From the NCBI RefSeq assembly GCF_002803295.2, contig NZ_PGGB02000017.1, positions 1,009-9,525 on the forward strand: DNA of 8,517 nt. Reading direction: 5' to 3'. This DNA comes from Caedibacter taeniospiralis. GTDB lineage: Bacteria > Pseudomonadota > Gammaproteobacteria > Francisellales > Francisellaceae. The notes below the pieces were generated by a model. It did not search any database. It had not been told where the DNA came from and saw nothing but the letters and a program-made list of their open reading frames with translations. This document shows, piece by piece, positions 6,654 through 8,517 of this stretch (positions are counted from its first letter, which is position 1; each line of letters starts with the position of its first letter). Both the position numbers and the translations under genes were made by a program.

Positions 6654-7567
6654 TGACCTTTGTCATTGATGTGAAGAATATCAGTAAAAGTTTTTATGGA
6701 AGAAAAGTTGTTAATAATGTTGCGCTTCAAGTGGAAAAAGGCGATATCTACGGCTTTTTAGGACCTAATGGTTCTGGTAAAACGACGACGATTCGCATGA
6801 TTTGCGGGCTTTTGACGGCTGACAGCGGAGAAGGGACCTGTCTTGGGTATGACATCAGAACTGAGGGCTTTTTCATCAAGCAGAAAGTTGGTTACATGAC
6901 ACAAAAATTTAGCCTCTATAGCGATCTGACGATAGAGGAGAACCTTCATTTTTTTGCCAGGCTTTTTAATGTTGCAAATCGCAAAGAGAAAGTACAAAAA
7001 ATCATCGATCAACTGGAAATTGGTCGGGCGCGCAAAAGCCAGCTTGCAGGAACCTTATCCGGTGGCTGGAAACAAAGACTTGCCCTGGGCGTTGCGACAA
7101 TTCATGAGCCAGAGCTGCTCCTGCTGGATGAGCCAACGGCGGGTGTTGATCCAAAAGCCAGGCGTGATTTTTGGGATGAAATTTTCCGTTTGGCGCAGCA
7201 AGGGATCACGACATTAGTGAGCACACACTATATGGATGAAGCTGAACGCTGTAATAAGCTTGCTTACGTTGCCTACGGTAACTTATTAGTCAATGGCACC
7301 TGTGCTGAAGTCATCGATTCGGTGGGTCTTAGAACGTGGGTGGTGCGCGGGGAGAGCTTATCCTTATTGCAAAAGGGACTGCAGGAAAATGATAAAATTG
7401 CTCAAGTCTCGGCATTTGGTCTGGATCTGCACGTGAGCGCGTCAAAAAGTGTTGATATAACGGATATCATTAGGAGTAACAGCAGATATAACTGGCAAGA
7501 GATCAAACCCTCGCTTGAAGATGTTTTTATTCATTTAATGCAACAACATCAGGATAACTTTTCATGA
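6653..7567 (+). CDS. ABC transporter ATP-binding protein (multidrug/ABC-2 type export)
   Basis: Walker A GPNGSGKTTT, Q-loop region MTQKFSLYSDLTIEENL, signature LSGGWKQR, Walker B LLLLDEPTAGVDP, H-loop STHYMDEAERC. Start ATG 6653 overlaps the upstream TAA (TAATG). Confidence 0.95.
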   Translation: MTFVIDVKNISKSFYGRKVVNNVALQVEKGDIYGFLGPNGSGKTTTIRMICGLLTADSGEGTCLGYDIRTEGFFIKQKVGYMTQKFSLYSDLTIEENLHFFARLFNVANRKEKVQKIIDQLEIGRARKSQLAGTLSGGWKQRLALGVATIHEPELLLLDEPTAGVDPKARRDFWDEIFRLAQQGITTLVSTHYMDEAERCNKLAYVAYGNLLVNGTCAEVIDSVGLRTWVVRGESLSLLQKGLQENDKIAQVSAFGLDLHVSASKSVDITDIIRSNSRYNWQEIKPSLEDVFIHLMQQHQDNFS

Positions 7568-8508
7568 AGCAGCCACGTATTTTTAGCCTGCAGCGCTATA
7601 TTGCAGTAATGACAAAAGAGTTCACTCACATGATCCGCGACAGGATCACTTTTGCGATGGTTGTGGGTATTCCGATAATTCAATTGATCTTATTTGGCTA
7701 TGCCATTAACAGCAATCCGCGGCATCTGCCGACGGTTTTGAACAATTATGACAATACGCCAGAGGTAAGAGCATTAGTCTCAGCCTTGCAGAACAGTCAA
7801 TATTTTGATATTACCCATGTCAATCTTTCTGAAAAAACGGCACAGACCCTGATGCAAAAGGCTGAGACTCAGTTTATTATTGAAATCCCGGCAGGATTCA
7901 CCCAAAAGATGTTACGGGGTGACAAGCCGAGCATATTGCTCGTTGCTGACGGGAGTGATCCTTCTGCCTCTGGCAATGCCATTAATGCCATCAACGAGCT
8001 GACAAATAGAGTGTTTCAGCGTGATTTCATGAAAAATGGACTGACCTATCTGCAAGCAGAAAAACCAGCCTTTAATGTAGTGGTGCATAATAAATATAAC
8101 CCCGAACAAATTACTCAGTACAATATAGTGCCAGGGCTCGCAGGCGTAATTCTGACCATGATTTTGGTGATGGTGACCGGGCTTGCTGTCACGCGTGAGC
8201 GTGAGGTGGGGACAATGGAGTCGCTTTTAGCAACACCCGTGAGACCGCTTGAAGTGATTCTTGGTAAGATCACGCCTTATATTCTTGTGGGTTATGTGCA
8301 ATTGCTGTTGATTTTAGTTTCTGCGATTATGCTTTTTAATGTGCCATTTTATGGTAATGTCATGCTGCTTGTTCTGGCGACATTCCCATTTATTGTGGCC
8401 AATCTTCTGGTAGGGATTACTTTTTCAACCCTGGCGAAAACGCAGCTACAAGCGATGCAGATGGCTATTTTTTTCTTTTTGCCCTCAATCACACTACATG
8501 ACACCTAA
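7564..8508 (+). CDS. ABC-2 type permease (YhhJ/YbhR-like), apparently C-terminally truncated or disrupted
   Basis: MKQPRIFSLQRYIAVMTKEFTHMIRDRITFAMVVGIPIIQLILFGYAINSNPRHLPTVL...PGLAGVILTMILVMVTGLAVTREREVGTMESLLATPVRPLEVILGKITPYI. ATGA overlap with the ATPase. The family typically continues LPSILLSGFMFP after this point, but here it reads LPSITLHDT-stop. Confidence 0.85.
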   Translation: MKQPRIFSLQRYIAVMTKEFTHMIRDRITFAMVVGIPIIQLILFGYAINSNPRHLPTVLNNYDNTPEVRALVSALQNSQYFDITHVNLSEKTAQTLMQKAETQFIIEIPAGFTQKMLRGDKPSILLVADGSDPSASGNAINAINELTNRVFQRDFMKNGLTYLQAEKPAFNVVVHNKYNPEQITQYNIVPGLAGVILTMILVMVTGLAVTREREVGTMESLLATPVRPLEVILGKITPYILVGYVQLLLILVSAIMLFNVPFYGNVMLLVLATFPFIVANLLVGITFSTLAKTQLQAMQMAIFFFLPSITLHDT

Positions 8509-8517
8509 ATATCGCCT

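Noticed and set aside
6758-7217. ORFs 6758-7012 (-) and 6954-7217 (+)
   Set aside because: Shadow ORFs inside the ABC ATPase gene, whose Walker and signature motifs are in the accepted frame.
7912-8109. 65-aa minus-strand ORF
   Set aside because: Antisense within the permease gene, no motif.
1-8517. CRISPR array, tRNA/rRNA genes, or known phage-defence genes
   Set aside because: No regularly spaced repeats, no recognisable tRNA/rRNA sequence, and no nuclease, helicase or toxin-antitoxin signatures identifiable by eye.

Overview
Gammaproteobacterial-looking, moderately AT-rich window. From left to right it holds: (i) a minus-strand ORF open at the left edge (about 1-614), missing from the supplied ORF track, encoding a small Cys/Trp-rich protein with a likely signal peptide; (ii) a structured 375-bp intergenic region with several perfect inverted repeats; (iii) a large minus-strand gene (989-4057/4108, about 1020 aa) for a probable exported protein with degenerate YD/Rhs-like repeat sequence and an unassigned C-terminal region; (iv) a divergently oriented LysR-family regulator; (v) the start of a co-directional, translationally coupled export operon: HlyD/YbhG-like adaptor, single-domain ABC ATPase, and ABC-2 permease (YhhJ/YbhR type). 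The permease reading frame departs from the family consensus at about 8490 and stops at 8508, which suggests an insertion or rearrangement junction at the right edge. The most specific regulatory signal is a perfect 11-7-11 inverted repeat (AAAATAAATTC-N7-GAATTTATTTT, 4254-4282) with an internal LysR-type T-N11-A / TTC-N7-GAA core. It sits about 62 bp upstream of the start site implied by a perfect TATAAT (4318-4323). That -10 box lies inside the called regulator ORF, so the real start is probably ATG 4345 or 4357. I found no RNA genes, CRISPR arrays or identifiable transposases. No defence or other novel system is demonstrated; the secreted YD-like protein and its surroundings are the best candidates for novelty.
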